A stretch of 64,000 nt of DNA, taken from positions 21,484 through 85,483 of the forward strand of contig DASVEQ010000096.1 of the NCBI GenBank assembly GCA_036380455.1, written 5' to 3'. Positions 37,207 through 45,591 of this stretch are shown one piece after another. The notes beneath the pieces were generated by a model. That model saw nothing but the letters and a program-made list of their open reading frames with translations, made no database searches and was not told where the DNA came from. The DNA comes from Candidatus Limnocylindria bacterium (GTDB lineage Bacteria; Chloroflexota; Limnocylindria; QHBO01). Position 1 is the stretch's first letter. Every line of letters begins with the position of its first letter. Made by a program: the position numbers and the translations under genes.

Positions 37207-37381
37207 AGCGACGGGTCATCAGGTGCCTCCGAGCCCAGCCAGATGGCACTGTGTGCGGGCATGGCACGTGAGAGCCGGACAGCGCCTCCGTGCGGTGGCC
37301 TCGGTGGCCGATTCGTGCCACGGCCGCACATCCGGCGGTGAGTTGCGTCGGGTCGAGGCTGCCGCGTACCGTGGCGGCCTG

Positions 37382-38269
37382 ATGTCCGGCAACCTCCGAG
37401 CGTGGTTCTCCCGATTCCCCGAAGGCTGGTGGGGGTATCACTGGGCGCCGCCACAGCCCATGAGCGCGGTCGGGCTGATCGGCACACCGGCCTTCGACAG
37501 CCGCCTGATGGCCGCCCTGTGGGCCGTGGTGAGCCGGCGGCGGAGCGTGATGCTGAGCTCCGAGGCGCCGCAGGCGGGCAAGACGACGGCGCTCTCGGCC
37601 CTGGTGGACTTCCTCCCCGACGGCACGACCGGGATCTTCGTGCGCGGCTGGTGGGAGGAGTACGACTGGCTCGACGAGATCGAGCCGGGCACCGGCTACC
37701 TGCTGATCAACGAGATGAGCGACCACCTGCCGATCTACGTGTGGGGCCGCGCGGCGCGCGGCGCGCTCACGCTCGCAGGAAAGGGCTGGGGAATTGGGGC
37801 CACCATGCACGCCGATTCGCTTCCCGAGGCGCTCGGCGGCCTGCGCTCGCAGCTTGGGGTCACCGATGAGGACCTTGCCGGCCTCACGATCTACCTGCAG
37901 TACTCGGCGTACCTGACGCCGGCCGGGATGTATCGGCGCGTCGAGGAGGCATGGCACCTTCGGCTTGACGATACCGGTGCTCTCGCTCCGGTTCGGCTGG
38001 CTGCCCTGGATGGAGGCCGCTCACCGAGCCTCACCGGCGCTCAGCGTCTGCCAGAGCCGCCGATGCTGCCGGACGACGGGGGCCGCTCGGATCGGGCGCT
38101 CGTCCACGATCCGGATGCCTATGCCGTGCTTGCCAGCAGCCTGGGCCTGGAAGCCGATGCGTTCGAGGACGAGCTGACGCGCCGCTCGCGATTCCTCGAG
38201 GACCTGGCGGCGCGTGGGATCTGCGATCCGCCCTCGGTCGCGGTGGCGATTCGGGGGTACAGCCCCTGA
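37382..38269 (+). CDS. P-loop ATPase, divergent member of the type II/IV secretion ATPase (GspE/VirB11/CpaF) core family
   Basis: The ATG at 37382 is within track ORF 37121..38269. Walker A …SSEAPQAGKTTALSALVDFLP…, Walker B/Asp-box-like …YLLINEMSD…, and His-box-like …GATMHADS… occur in the order and spacing seen in T2SSE-type ATPases. The N-terminal domain is short. Confidence 0.5.
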   Translation: MSGNLRAWFSRFPEGWWGYHWAPPQPMSAVGLIGTPAFDSRLMAALWAVVSRRRSVMLSSEAPQAGKTTALSALVDFLPDGTTGIFVRGWWEEYDWLDEIEPGTGYLLINEMSDHLPIYVWGRAARGALTLAGKGWGIGATMHADSLPEALGGLRSQLGVTDEDLAGLTIYLQYSAYLTPAGMYRRVEEAWHLRLDDTGALAPVRLAALDGGRSPSLTGAQRLPEPPMLPDDGGRSDRALVHDPDAYAVLASSLGLEADAFEDELTRRSRFLEDLAARGICDPPSVAVAIRGYSP

Positions 38270-38470
38270 CCGCGATCCTGGTTCGAGCATCGATCAGCGA
38301 ACGGTTCACACGAGGCCCCTGGATGAGTGGTCTCGCGTGAACGGCGCGCCGATCCGTGGCGCAAACCGCGCGGGATCTCGGGCCGCGGTGAACCAATCGC
38401 CGATCCATCGGCGCATTTGCTCGGGGGCGGAGGGACGGCCTTGCGCATCGGATGGTAGGCTCGACTGACG

Positions 38471-39892
38471 ATGGCAACGATCCCGCGACCCGCCGATACG
38501 ACTCGCGGGGCGTTGCGCGCGGCAGGCTATCGGCCGCGCACGGTGAAGGAGGAGCTGCGGGCCAACCTCTTGGCCCGCATCGGCGCCGGCGAGGCCTTCC
38601 TGCCGGGCATCCTGGGCTACGACGATTCCGTCCTGCCCCAGCTCGAGAACGCGATCCTGGCCGGCCAGGACGTCATCCTCCTCGGGGAGCGCGGGCAGGC
38701 CAAGAGCCGCATCGCCCGCTCGCTCGTCGGCCTGCTCGACCCGTGGCTGCCGTACGTGGCCGGCACCGAGCTGCACGACGACCCCCTGCGCCCAGTCTCG
38801 CCGCTGGCGCGCCAGATCATCGCCGAGGAGGGCGACGCCACGCCTATCGGCTGGTGGAAGGCCGAGGACCGGTACAGCGAGAAGCTTGCGACGCCTGACA
38901 TCAGCATCGCCGACCTCATCGGAGAGGTGGACCCGGTGAAGGTGGCCGAGGGCCGCTATCTGTCCGACGAGCTGACGATCCACTACGGGCTGCTACCGCG
39001 GACGCATCGGGGCATCTTCAGCCTGAACGAGCTGCCGGATCTCGCCGAGCGGATCCAGGTTGGCCTGCTGAACGTGATGGAGGAGCGCGACGTCCAGGTG
39101 CGCGGCTACCGCGTGCGCCTCGAACTCGACCTGTTCGTCATCGCCAGCGCCAACCCGGAGGACTACACGAGCCGCGGTCGCATCATCACGCCGCTCAAGG
39201 ATCGCTTCGGCGCGCAGATCCGCACGCACTACCCGGAGGAGACGGCGACCGAGATCGCGATCATGGAGGCCGAGTCCGCCTCCTTCGGCGGCGCGGACGC
39301 TGAGCTGCCGATCCAGGTGCCCGGCTTCATGAAGGAGATCGTGGCCGAGCTGTCGCAGCTCGCGCGCCGGTCCTCCGAGGTCTCGCAGCGCTCCGGGGTC
39401 AGCGTGCGAGTCACGATCGCCAACCACGAGACGCTGGGCGCCGCCGCCCTGAAGCGCGCGGTGAGGCTGGGGGAGCCGAGCGCCGCGCCTCGGATTAGCG
39501 ACCTTCCGGCGGTCGTCGCCTCGACGGCCGGCAAGATCGAGCTCGAGACGCTGGGCGACGAGACGCGCGAGGACCGGGTGGTCGAGAAGCTCGTGGCGCG
39601 TGCCGTCGTGAACGTCTTCAACCGGCACTTCGCCCTGTCCGAGCTCATGCCACTCGTCGATCGCTTCGAGGACGAGGGGCTCGAGGCCGAGGTCGGGGAG
39701 CTCGTCCGATCCCGGGTCCACGGCGAGCTGGCAGACGCGGTCCCCGAGCTGCACGCGGCCATCGCGCGGCTGGATGCCGGCGAGTCCGCCGCGGGAATCG
39801 CGTCTGCGGCTGAGTTCGTGCTCGAGGGCCTGCACCTGAACCGACGCCTCAACAAGGAGCGGCGCGCGGGCACCACCCGCTACGCCCGCTGA
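38471..39892 (+). CDS. AAA+ ATPase of the Mg-chelatase subunit I (ChlI/BchI-like) family
   Basis: 473 aa. Walker A VILLGERGQAKS, Walker B …GIFSLNELPD…, then …LLNVMEERDVQVRGYRV…FVIASANPEDYTSRGRIITPLKDRFG…, colinear with ChlI-type ATPases. Confidence 0.75.
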   Translation: MATIPRPADTTRGALRAAGYRPRTVKEELRANLLARIGAGEAFLPGILGYDDSVLPQLENAILAGQDVILLGERGQAKSRIARSLVGLLDPWLPYVAGTELHDDPLRPVSPLARQIIAEEGDATPIGWWKAEDRYSEKLATPDISIADLIGEVDPVKVAEGRYLSDELTIHYGLLPRTHRGIFSLNELPDLAERIQVGLLNVMEERDVQVRGYRVRLELDLFVIASANPEDYTSRGRIITPLKDRFGAQIRTHYPEETATEIAIMEAESASFGGADAELPIQVPGFMKEIVAELSQLARRSSEVSQRSGVSVRVTIANHETLGAAALKRAVRLGEPSAAPRISDLPAVVASTAGKIELETLGDETREDRVVEKLVARAVVNVFNRHFALSELMPLVDRFEDEGLEAEVGELVRSRVHGELADAVPELHAAIARLDAGESAAGIASAAEFVLEGLHLNRRLNKERRAGTTRYAR

Positions 39893-40048
39893 CCTGCGGA
39901 CGAAGGCACGCCGGATTCGGGCCGCACGGCACTGGCCCGAGGGGGTATCGGATCGCGCCCTTGGGCGACCCCGAGGTGCGCGAAGACCGTCCTGGACCAG
40001 GCCGTGATGCCGGTCTGATCGCTCCTCGCGATCCCGAGAAACAGCGTC

Positions 40049-40075
40049 GAGCGGCCGCCGATTCGGCGGCCGCTC
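40049..40075. terminator. Perfect 12-bp GC hairpin between convergent genes (putative bidirectional terminator)
   Basis: GAGCGGCCGCCG-ATT-CGGCGGCCGCTC. Confidence 0.55.
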
Positions 40076-40098
40076 GTCCCCGGTGTCGGGATGCGGTC

Positions 40099-40425
40099 TC
40101 AGATGGGCCGAGGCTCGTGGGTGTACGACCCGCCGGTCAGGTACCGGGCAACGATGTCGACGATTCCGCCGAGGATGACGCCGCCGATCAGCGCCGGCAG
40201 GACGAACAGGCCTTCGAACTCGAGGCCCCAGGTGCTGAGGGTTCCGAACGCCTCGCTCCCCAGCCAGCCACCCACCATGGCACCGACCATCGGGAAGACG
40301 AACTCGTAGCCGACGCGCGGCTCGCCGATGAACTGCGGGATTGCGCCGAGCAGCACCGCGCCGACGACGAGCAGAAGCGCGGCGAGGCCGCTCATTCCGA
40401 CGTCCCAGCCGAAGAGCTCAAGCAT
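40099..40425 (-). CDS. GlsB/YeaQ/YmgE-like small membrane protein (second paralogue)
   Basis: The ATG at 40423-40425 is preceded by GGAGGTGA. 108 aa with Gly-rich TM helices (…LLLVVGAVLLGAIPQFI…MVGAMVGGWLGSE…). Confidence 0.65.
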   Translation of the reverse strand: MLELFGWDVGMSGLAALLLVVGAVLLGAIPQFIGEPRVGYEFVFPMVGAMVGGWLGSEAFGTLSTWGLEFEGLFVLPALIGGVILGGIVDIVARYLTGGSYTHEPRPI

Positions 40426-40537
40426 GGTGATCACCTCCGGTCTTCGTTGTTCGACCTGGAAGCAGGGTCCCCCCGCCGCACGCGTCGCTCCAGTGCCATC
40501 CGTCGCCCCGCGGGGTGACGAACGGCCTTGCCCTCGG

Positions 40538-41464
40538 TCAGCGACCGACGAGCTCGTCCACGAGCGGCGCGAACGCCTCCATCGAGCGTGCCGGAATCCC
40601 GTACGAGCTGATCGCCATTCGCTCGCGGCGTCGAAGCAGCGCATCCCGAAGCTGGCCGAGCGTGCCGTACAGCAGGTACGGTGAGCCGCCCACGGCGGCC
40701 GGTCCGGCCGACTTCAGGAAGGCGGCCAGGCTGGCGCCGATCGGCTGATCGCTCCCGACCACGCCCGCATCGGCCACGAAGGCGTTGAGCTCGAGGGACT
40801 CGAAACGTTCACCGGCCGCCTGGCGGACCGTCTCGACCCGCCGGGCGACCGCGTCGTCGCCCACCGTGCGGAGCATCGGTCGGCCCGATATCGTCATCTG
40901 GGGCGCGAGCCCCACGATCTGGGCCTCGCGGGCCGCCAGCCGCAGGAGGCGCGGACCGCCGCCCCCGAGCATGATCGGGGGATGCGGACGCTGGACCGGG
41001 TCCGGCGACACGCTGGCGCCCTCGAGCCGGTAGTGACGTCCCACGTGGTTCACCGTCTCGCCCGACAGGAGGCGCTTCACGATGCCAAGGGACTCCTCGA
41101 GCCGATCGATGCGCGCGCCGGGACGGTCGTACGGCATGCCGAGCTTGCGGTAGTCCGAGCGCATCCATCCCGCCCCCAGGCCGAGATCGAGCCGGCCGCC
41201 GCTCAGTCGATCGATCGTGGCGGCCTCGCGCGCGAGGATCAGCGGATGACGGAAGTCGTTGGCGAAGACGTAGGACCCGAGGCGGATCGTCCTCGAGGCG
41301 ACGGCGGCCGCGGCGAGGGCGCCGATGGGTGCCAGCCCCCGGCCGAGGTGATCGGTGACGTACACCGCGGCGTAGCCCAGCTCCTCCGCGCGGCGCACGA
41401 ATCCTGGCCAGTCGGCAACGAGCTCGCCGGCACCGGTGTGGACTGCGAAGCGGAACGGCTGCAC
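40538..41464 (-). CDS. LLM-class probable F420-dependent oxidoreductase
   Basis: 308 aa. …YVTDHLG…NDFRHPLILAREAATIDRLSGGRLDLGLGAGW…. Confidence 0.75.
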   Translation of the reverse strand: MQPFRFAVHTGAGELVADWPGFVRRAEELGYAAVYVTDHLGRGLAPIGALAAAAVASRTIRLGSYVFANDFRHPLILAREAATIDRLSGGRLDLGLGAGWMRSDYRKLGMPYDRPGARIDRLEESLGIVKRLLSGETVNHVGRHYRLEGASVSPDPVQRPHPPIMLGGGGPRLLRLAAREAQIVGLAPQMTISGRPMLRTVGDDAVARRVETVRQAAGERFESLELNAFVADAGVVGSDQPIGASLAAFLKSAGPAAVGGSPYLLYGTLGQLRDALLRRRERMAISSYGIPARSMEAFAPLVDELVGR

Positions 41465-41570
41465 GCCGTCAGGCTAGCGGGCCGCGGCCGGCACGATGCG
41501 CAGGTACTATCGAACCATCCCCGTACGCCACCCCGGACCGTAGGCTGCGCTGACTGGAACCAGCGCCCAG

Positions 41571-44276
41571 GTGCATCCGAAGCCGATGGTGCTCAGCGAG
41601 GGAACCCTCGCGCGGCCGACCCTCACCCGCCGTCCCGCGGCGATTCCCCTGATCGCCGCGGCGCTCTTCGCTGCCGTGGCAGTTGCCGGGGCCGGGCGCC
41701 TCGACGGGCAGGCGGTGCGGGTGGCCGCAGCCGCCATCGCCTGTCTGCTGACGTGGCGAGGCATCGTCGCCGCGGGCTCACAGCGCGAGCGCCGCGTGCG
41801 AGGCTGGATCGGCGTTGCGGTGGTGGTGTGGGCCATCTCGGAGACGCTTCGACTGACCGGCTTCTTCGCCGCCGAGGTCGGCCTGTTCGCGGTCGTCTCG
41901 ATCATCGGCCTTTCGGTCGGCTCGGTGGGCACGTTCGTGGCCGCCGCGCGCGGCCGGATGCGGACCGCCGACGAGGCGGCGCTGTACCTCGACGCGGCCT
42001 CCATCTTCTTCGCCTGCACCGGAGCCGTGCTGATCGTGGGCGCCAACCTGATCAGCGACGCCGCCGGCCTCTCGATCCTCGTGCACGCGGCCTTCTTCGT
42101 GGCCGTCCTGTGCGCCACGCTCCTCCTCGACCTGTCGACCCGGGTGCCGCTGCGCCTCGTCGGGCCCTGGGAGGCGCTCGCGGGGCTGACGCTCGTCGCC
42201 ATCGGCTACATCGGCCTCGTGGTGCCGTCCACCAACGAGGCGGTCCGCTGGTTGCTGCACGCGGTGGTGGCCATCGGCGTCGTGCTGGTGGCCCACGGAG
42301 GTGCGCATTGGACCGCGATCGAGGACGTCAGCCCGCGGTACCGGGCGATCGCCGGATGGCTGCGCGGCCTGTTGCCGCTCGGCAGCGCGGTCCTCACCGG
42401 CGTCCTCATCGTCAGCCTCATCTCGCAGCCGATGCTCGTCGACGGCTTCCTGCGCTGGGCGACCGGCCTGGCACTCGGCCTGGTCGTGGTGTGCGCCATC
42501 GCGCGGCAGACCGTCCTTCTCGCCGATCGCGAGCGCGTCATCCATCGCGAGCGGCAGCTGAGCGACGAGCTCACCGTCGCCGAGGCGCAGTATCGCTCGG
42601 TCGTGGAGCGCGTGCCGGGCGTCGTCTACGTCGCCGAGGCTGGCCAGCACGGCCGGTGGCACTTCGTCAGCGCGAAGATCGAGGAGCTGCTCGGGTACAC
42701 GGCCGAGGAATGGACGGCCGACCCGACGCTGTGGATCACTCGCATGCACCCCGCGGATCGGGACCGGATGATCATGGCCGAGGTCGGCGAGACTGAGCGA
42801 AGCGAGCCGAAGGGTCGCTGGGAGTACCGCCTGCTCGCCCGAGACGGTCGCGTCGTCTGGGTGATCGACGACGAGGCGGTGATTTCGCGGGACGCCGACG
42901 GCCGCGCTACGATGGTGCAGGGCATCCTCGTCGACATCAGCGACCGGAAGGACCTCGAGGAGCAGCTTCGCCACCAGGCGCTCCACGATCCGCTCACCGG
43001 CCTGCCGAACCGGGTGCTGTTCGTGGATCGGCTGTCTCACGCCCTGGTCCGCCGGGGCGCCGGCGGTGGCGTTGCCGTGCTGTTCGTGGATCTCGACGAG
43101 TTCAAGGCCATCAACGACACGCTCGGCCACGCCGCCGGCGACGACCTTCTCCGCATGGTGGCCGACCGCCTCACCACCGTCCTGCGGGCCGAGGACACCG
43201 CCTGCCGGCTGGGCGGTGACGAGTTCGCGTTCCTGCTGGAGGAGGCGCCGCGGGAGCGAGTGCTCTCGGTGGCGGAGCGGATCCTGGCGGCTCTCGCCGA
43301 CCCGTTCGAGATCGGCGGGCACGCGGCCACGCTGAGCGCCAGCATCGGCGTCGCGATCGGCGCCGGCACGAATTCGACCGCCGTGAGTGGGGAGACCGCG
43401 GACGAGCTGCTCCGCGACGCGGACACCGCGATGTACGCGGCGAAGTCGATCGGCAAGGGCCGCATCCAGCTCTTCGAGCGTGGCATGGAGGAGCCGGTCA
43501 AGCGCCGCAGGGAGCTTCGGTCGGCCCTCGAGCGCGCGCTCGAGGGGGACGAGCTGTTCCTCGAATATCAGCCGATCGTCGACATGTGCGATGGCGCCCT
43601 GGTCGGGGTGGAGGCGTTGGTTCGATGGACCCACCCCCAGCTCGGTCGCCTCATGCCGGGGGACTTCGTCGGCATGGCCGAGGAGAGCGGGCTGATCGGG
43701 GGCCTGGGCGAGTGGGTGATGCGCCGGGCGGCGGCCGACATGGCGCGCGACAGCGACATCCTGGTCTCGGTCAACGTCTCGGCCCACCAGCTCGGCGGCG
43801 GCGCCCTGCCGGCGCTCATCGAGGAGACGATCGCCGCGAGCGGGCTGAATCCCTCGCGGCTGCTCCTCGAGCTCACCGAGAGCACCCTCGCGTCGGCCGG
43901 TGCGGGCGCCGAGACGGAGCTGGAACGCGTGCAGCGGATGGGGGTCCGGATCGCGCTCGACGACTTCGGCTCAGGATATTCGTCGCTCGAGTACCTCGGC
44001 CGCCTGCCGATCGACATCCTGAAGATCGACCGTTCGCTCGTGGAGCGCGTCGACGTCGAGCCGCAGCGCCAGGAGGTGCTGCGCGCCATCGACCACATCG
44101 CCACCAAGCTCGGCCTCGAGACGATCGTGGAGGGCATCGAGCGGGAGGAGCAGCGGCAGGCCCTCCTCGACCTGGGATTCTGCCGAGCCCAGGGCTACCT
44201 CTTCTCGAGGCCGCTCCCGCTGGCCCAGGCGCTCGACGCGAACCGGTCGCTCATCCCAGCGGACGCCCGCCGGTGA
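41571..44276 (+). CDS. Membrane-anchored PAS-GGDEF-EAL signalling protein (c-di-GMP turnover)
   Basis: 901 aa. The N-terminal ~330 aa is multi-TM, followed by a PAS region. GGDEF motif RLGGDEFAF. EAL-domain motifs …LEYQPIVD…, …DDFGSGYSSL… and …KIDRSLV… Start is GTG 41571 or ATG 41586. Confidence 0.85.
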   Translation: MHPKPMVLSEGTLARPTLTRRPAAIPLIAAALFAAVAVAGAGRLDGQAVRVAAAAIACLLTWRGIVAAGSQRERRVRGWIGVAVVVWAISETLRLTGFFAAEVGLFAVVSIIGLSVGSVGTFVAAARGRMRTADEAALYLDAASIFFACTGAVLIVGANLISDAAGLSILVHAAFFVAVLCATLLLDLSTRVPLRLVGPWEALAGLTLVAIGYIGLVVPSTNEAVRWLLHAVVAIGVVLVAHGGAHWTAIEDVSPRYRAIAGWLRGLLPLGSAVLTGVLIVSLISQPMLVDGFLRWATGLALGLVVVCAIARQTVLLADRERVIHRERQLSDELTVAEAQYRSVVERVPGVVYVAEAGQHGRWHFVSAKIEELLGYTAEEWTADPTLWITRMHPADRDRMIMAEVGETERSEPKGRWEYRLLARDGRVVWVIDDEAVISRDADGRATMVQGILVDISDRKDLEEQLRHQALHDPLTGLPNRVLFVDRLSHALVRRGAGGGVAVLFVDLDEFKAINDTLGHAAGDDLLRMVADRLTTVLRAEDTACRLGGDEFAFLLEEAPRERVLSVAERILAALADPFEIGGHAATLSASIGVAIGAGTNSTAVSGETADELLRDADTAMYAAKSIGKGRIQLFERGMEEPVKRRRELRSALERALEGDELFLEYQPIVDMCDGALVGVEALVRWTHPQLGRLMPGDFVGMAEESGLIGGLGEWVMRRAAADMARDSDILVSVNVSAHQLGGGALPALIEETIAASGLNPSRLLLELTESTLASAGAGAETELERVQRMGVRIALDDFGSGYSSLEYLGRLPIDILKIDRSLVERVDVEPQRQEVLRAIDHIATKLGLETIVEGIEREEQRQALLDLGFCRAQGYLFSRPLPLAQALDANRSLIPADARR

Positions 44277-45156
44277 CGCCGATCACCTCGCCGGTGATAT
44301 AGCTCGACTCGGCGGAGGCGAGGAAGACGTAGATCGGGGCGAGCTCGGCGGGCTGCCCGGCTCGACCGAGTGGGGTGTTCTCGCCGAAGGTCGCGGCCTT
44401 CTCGGCCGGCATGGTCGAAGGGATGAGCGGCGTCCAGATCGGTCCGGGCGCCACCGCATTCACCCGCAGGCCGCGCTCGAGGATGCCCGGGTCCTGGGCG
44501 AGCCCCTTGGTGAAGGTGACGATCGCGCCCTTCGTGGCCGAGTAGGGGAGCAGCTCGGGCGAAGGAGAGTACGCCTGGATCGAGGCGGTGTTGAGGATCG
44601 TGCCGCCCTCGCGCATGCGCGGGATGGCCGCCTTGGACAGGTGGAACATCGCCTCGATGTTCGTGGCGAAGATCCGCCGCCACTCCTTGGTCGTCATCTC
44701 CTCGATCCGATCGCCACAGTCCTGCCACGCGGCGTTGTTGACGAGGACGTCAATGTGGCCGAGCTCGTCGACGGTGCGCTCCACCAGCGTGCGGCACAGC
44801 TCAGGATCCTGGATGTCGCCCGCGATGGAGATCGCCTTCCGGCCGGCCTTCTCGACCCAGTCGACCGTGTCGGCCGCATCGGCCTCCTCGATGCCGCCGA
44901 GATGGCTGATCACGACGTCGGCGCCCTCGCGCGCGAAGGCGATGGCCACCGCCTTGCCGATGCCCGAATCGCCTCCGGTGACGAGGGCCACGCGATCGGT
45001 CAGGCGCCCGGCGCCGCGATACGTCTCCTCGCCGTGATCGGCCTTCGGGTTCAGCTCGGACTCGGTGCCCGGTGGGTCCTGCTGCTGCTTCGGGAACGGT
45101 GGTTCGGGGTGCAGGGTCCGCGGATCCTGCGAACGTTCGGTGATCGTCATGCCCAT
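44251..45156 (-). CDS. SDR-family oxidoreductase (YghA/YhxC general-stress type)
   Basis: 301 aa. TGGDSGIGKA, NNAA and YSATKGA (YxxxK) are present. The 3' end overlaps the GGDEF-EAL gene by 26 nt. Confidence 0.85.
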   Translation of the reverse strand: MGMTITERSQDPRTLHPEPPFPKQQQDPPGTESELNPKADHGEETYRGAGRLTDRVALVTGGDSGIGKAVAIAFAREGADVVISHLGGIEEADAADTVDWVEKAGRKAISIAGDIQDPELCRTLVERTVDELGHIDVLVNNAAWQDCGDRIEEMTTKEWRRIFATNIEAMFHLSKAAIPRMREGGTILNTASIQAYSPSPELLPYSATKGAIVTFTKGLAQDPGILERGLRVNAVAPGPIWTPLIPSTMPAEKAATFGENTPLGRAGQPAELAPIYVFLASAESSYITGEVIGVTGGRPLG

Positions 45157-45380
45157 CCCAGAGCATCGCGCGTGCCGGATCGGTCAGGGGGTCCGCCGAT
45201 AGAGCAGCCTCTGCCAGGCGATGCCGCGCCGGGTGAACACGAGCTCGAAGCTCGACGCGCGGACGCGCCTCGTCGATCGCCGGCTCCGGGAACCCGGAGC
45301 GGGTACGCCCCGACCCTCGGCGCACTCGGCGCGGATCGCGTCGAGCGGGGGCGTCCTCGTCGGGGGAAGCTGGCGGGTCT

Positions 45381-45513
45381 TTGACCCGTGGGGAGGGTCA
45401 ACGGACGCCAGAGCGCGGCTCCGGACAGGGCTCCAGCAACAGATGACCCGTACTTGCGGGTGGAAAGCACTGCATCGTGGTCTCCGGCATCCGTTGACTC
45501 GTGGGGCGGGTCA
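45381..45513. other. Three related hairpin-forming elements sharing TGACYCGT in a 435-bp non-coding region (candidate cis-regulatory element or sRNA)
   Basis: Hairpin 1 at 45381-45401: TTGACCC-GTGGGGA-GGGTCAA. Hairpin 2 at 45446-45461: ACCCG-TACTTG-CGGGT, preceded by TG. Hairpin 3 at 45495-45513: TGACTC-GTGGGGC-GGGTCA. No convincing ORF lies in 45157-45591. Confidence 0.35.
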
Positions 45514-45591
45514 CCGAACCGCCAGGACCGGCGAGCCTGTGCGCGTCGACACCGGGTCGGCAGCGATCGCGCCTCACATCTGAGGGTCCAC

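Noticed and set aside
37121-37381. N-terminal extension of the ATPase ORF containing a repeated MCRD(G/A)THRP peptide.
   Set aside because: The composition is not protein-like. The repeat is better explained as two 27-bp DNA direct repeats in a regulatory region, and the conserved ATPase sequence begins after the ATG at 37382.
45381-45513. Identification as the actinobacterial 6C sRNA.
   Set aside because: On the minus strand the loops are C-rich (TCCCCAC, GCCCCAC). However, they are shorter in C-run than I recall for 6C, the hairpins are 114 nt apart with a third hairpin between them, and I cannot run a covariance model. I keep this only as a hypothesis to test.
45221-45583. 120-aa plus-strand ORF, and a minus-frame ending in FELVFTRRGIAWQRLLYRRTP (stop at 45184-45186), in the SDR/SARP intergenic region.
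   Set aside because: The composition is Arg-rich and non-protein-like, there is no start/RBS context and no recognisable motif. I treat the region as non-coding.
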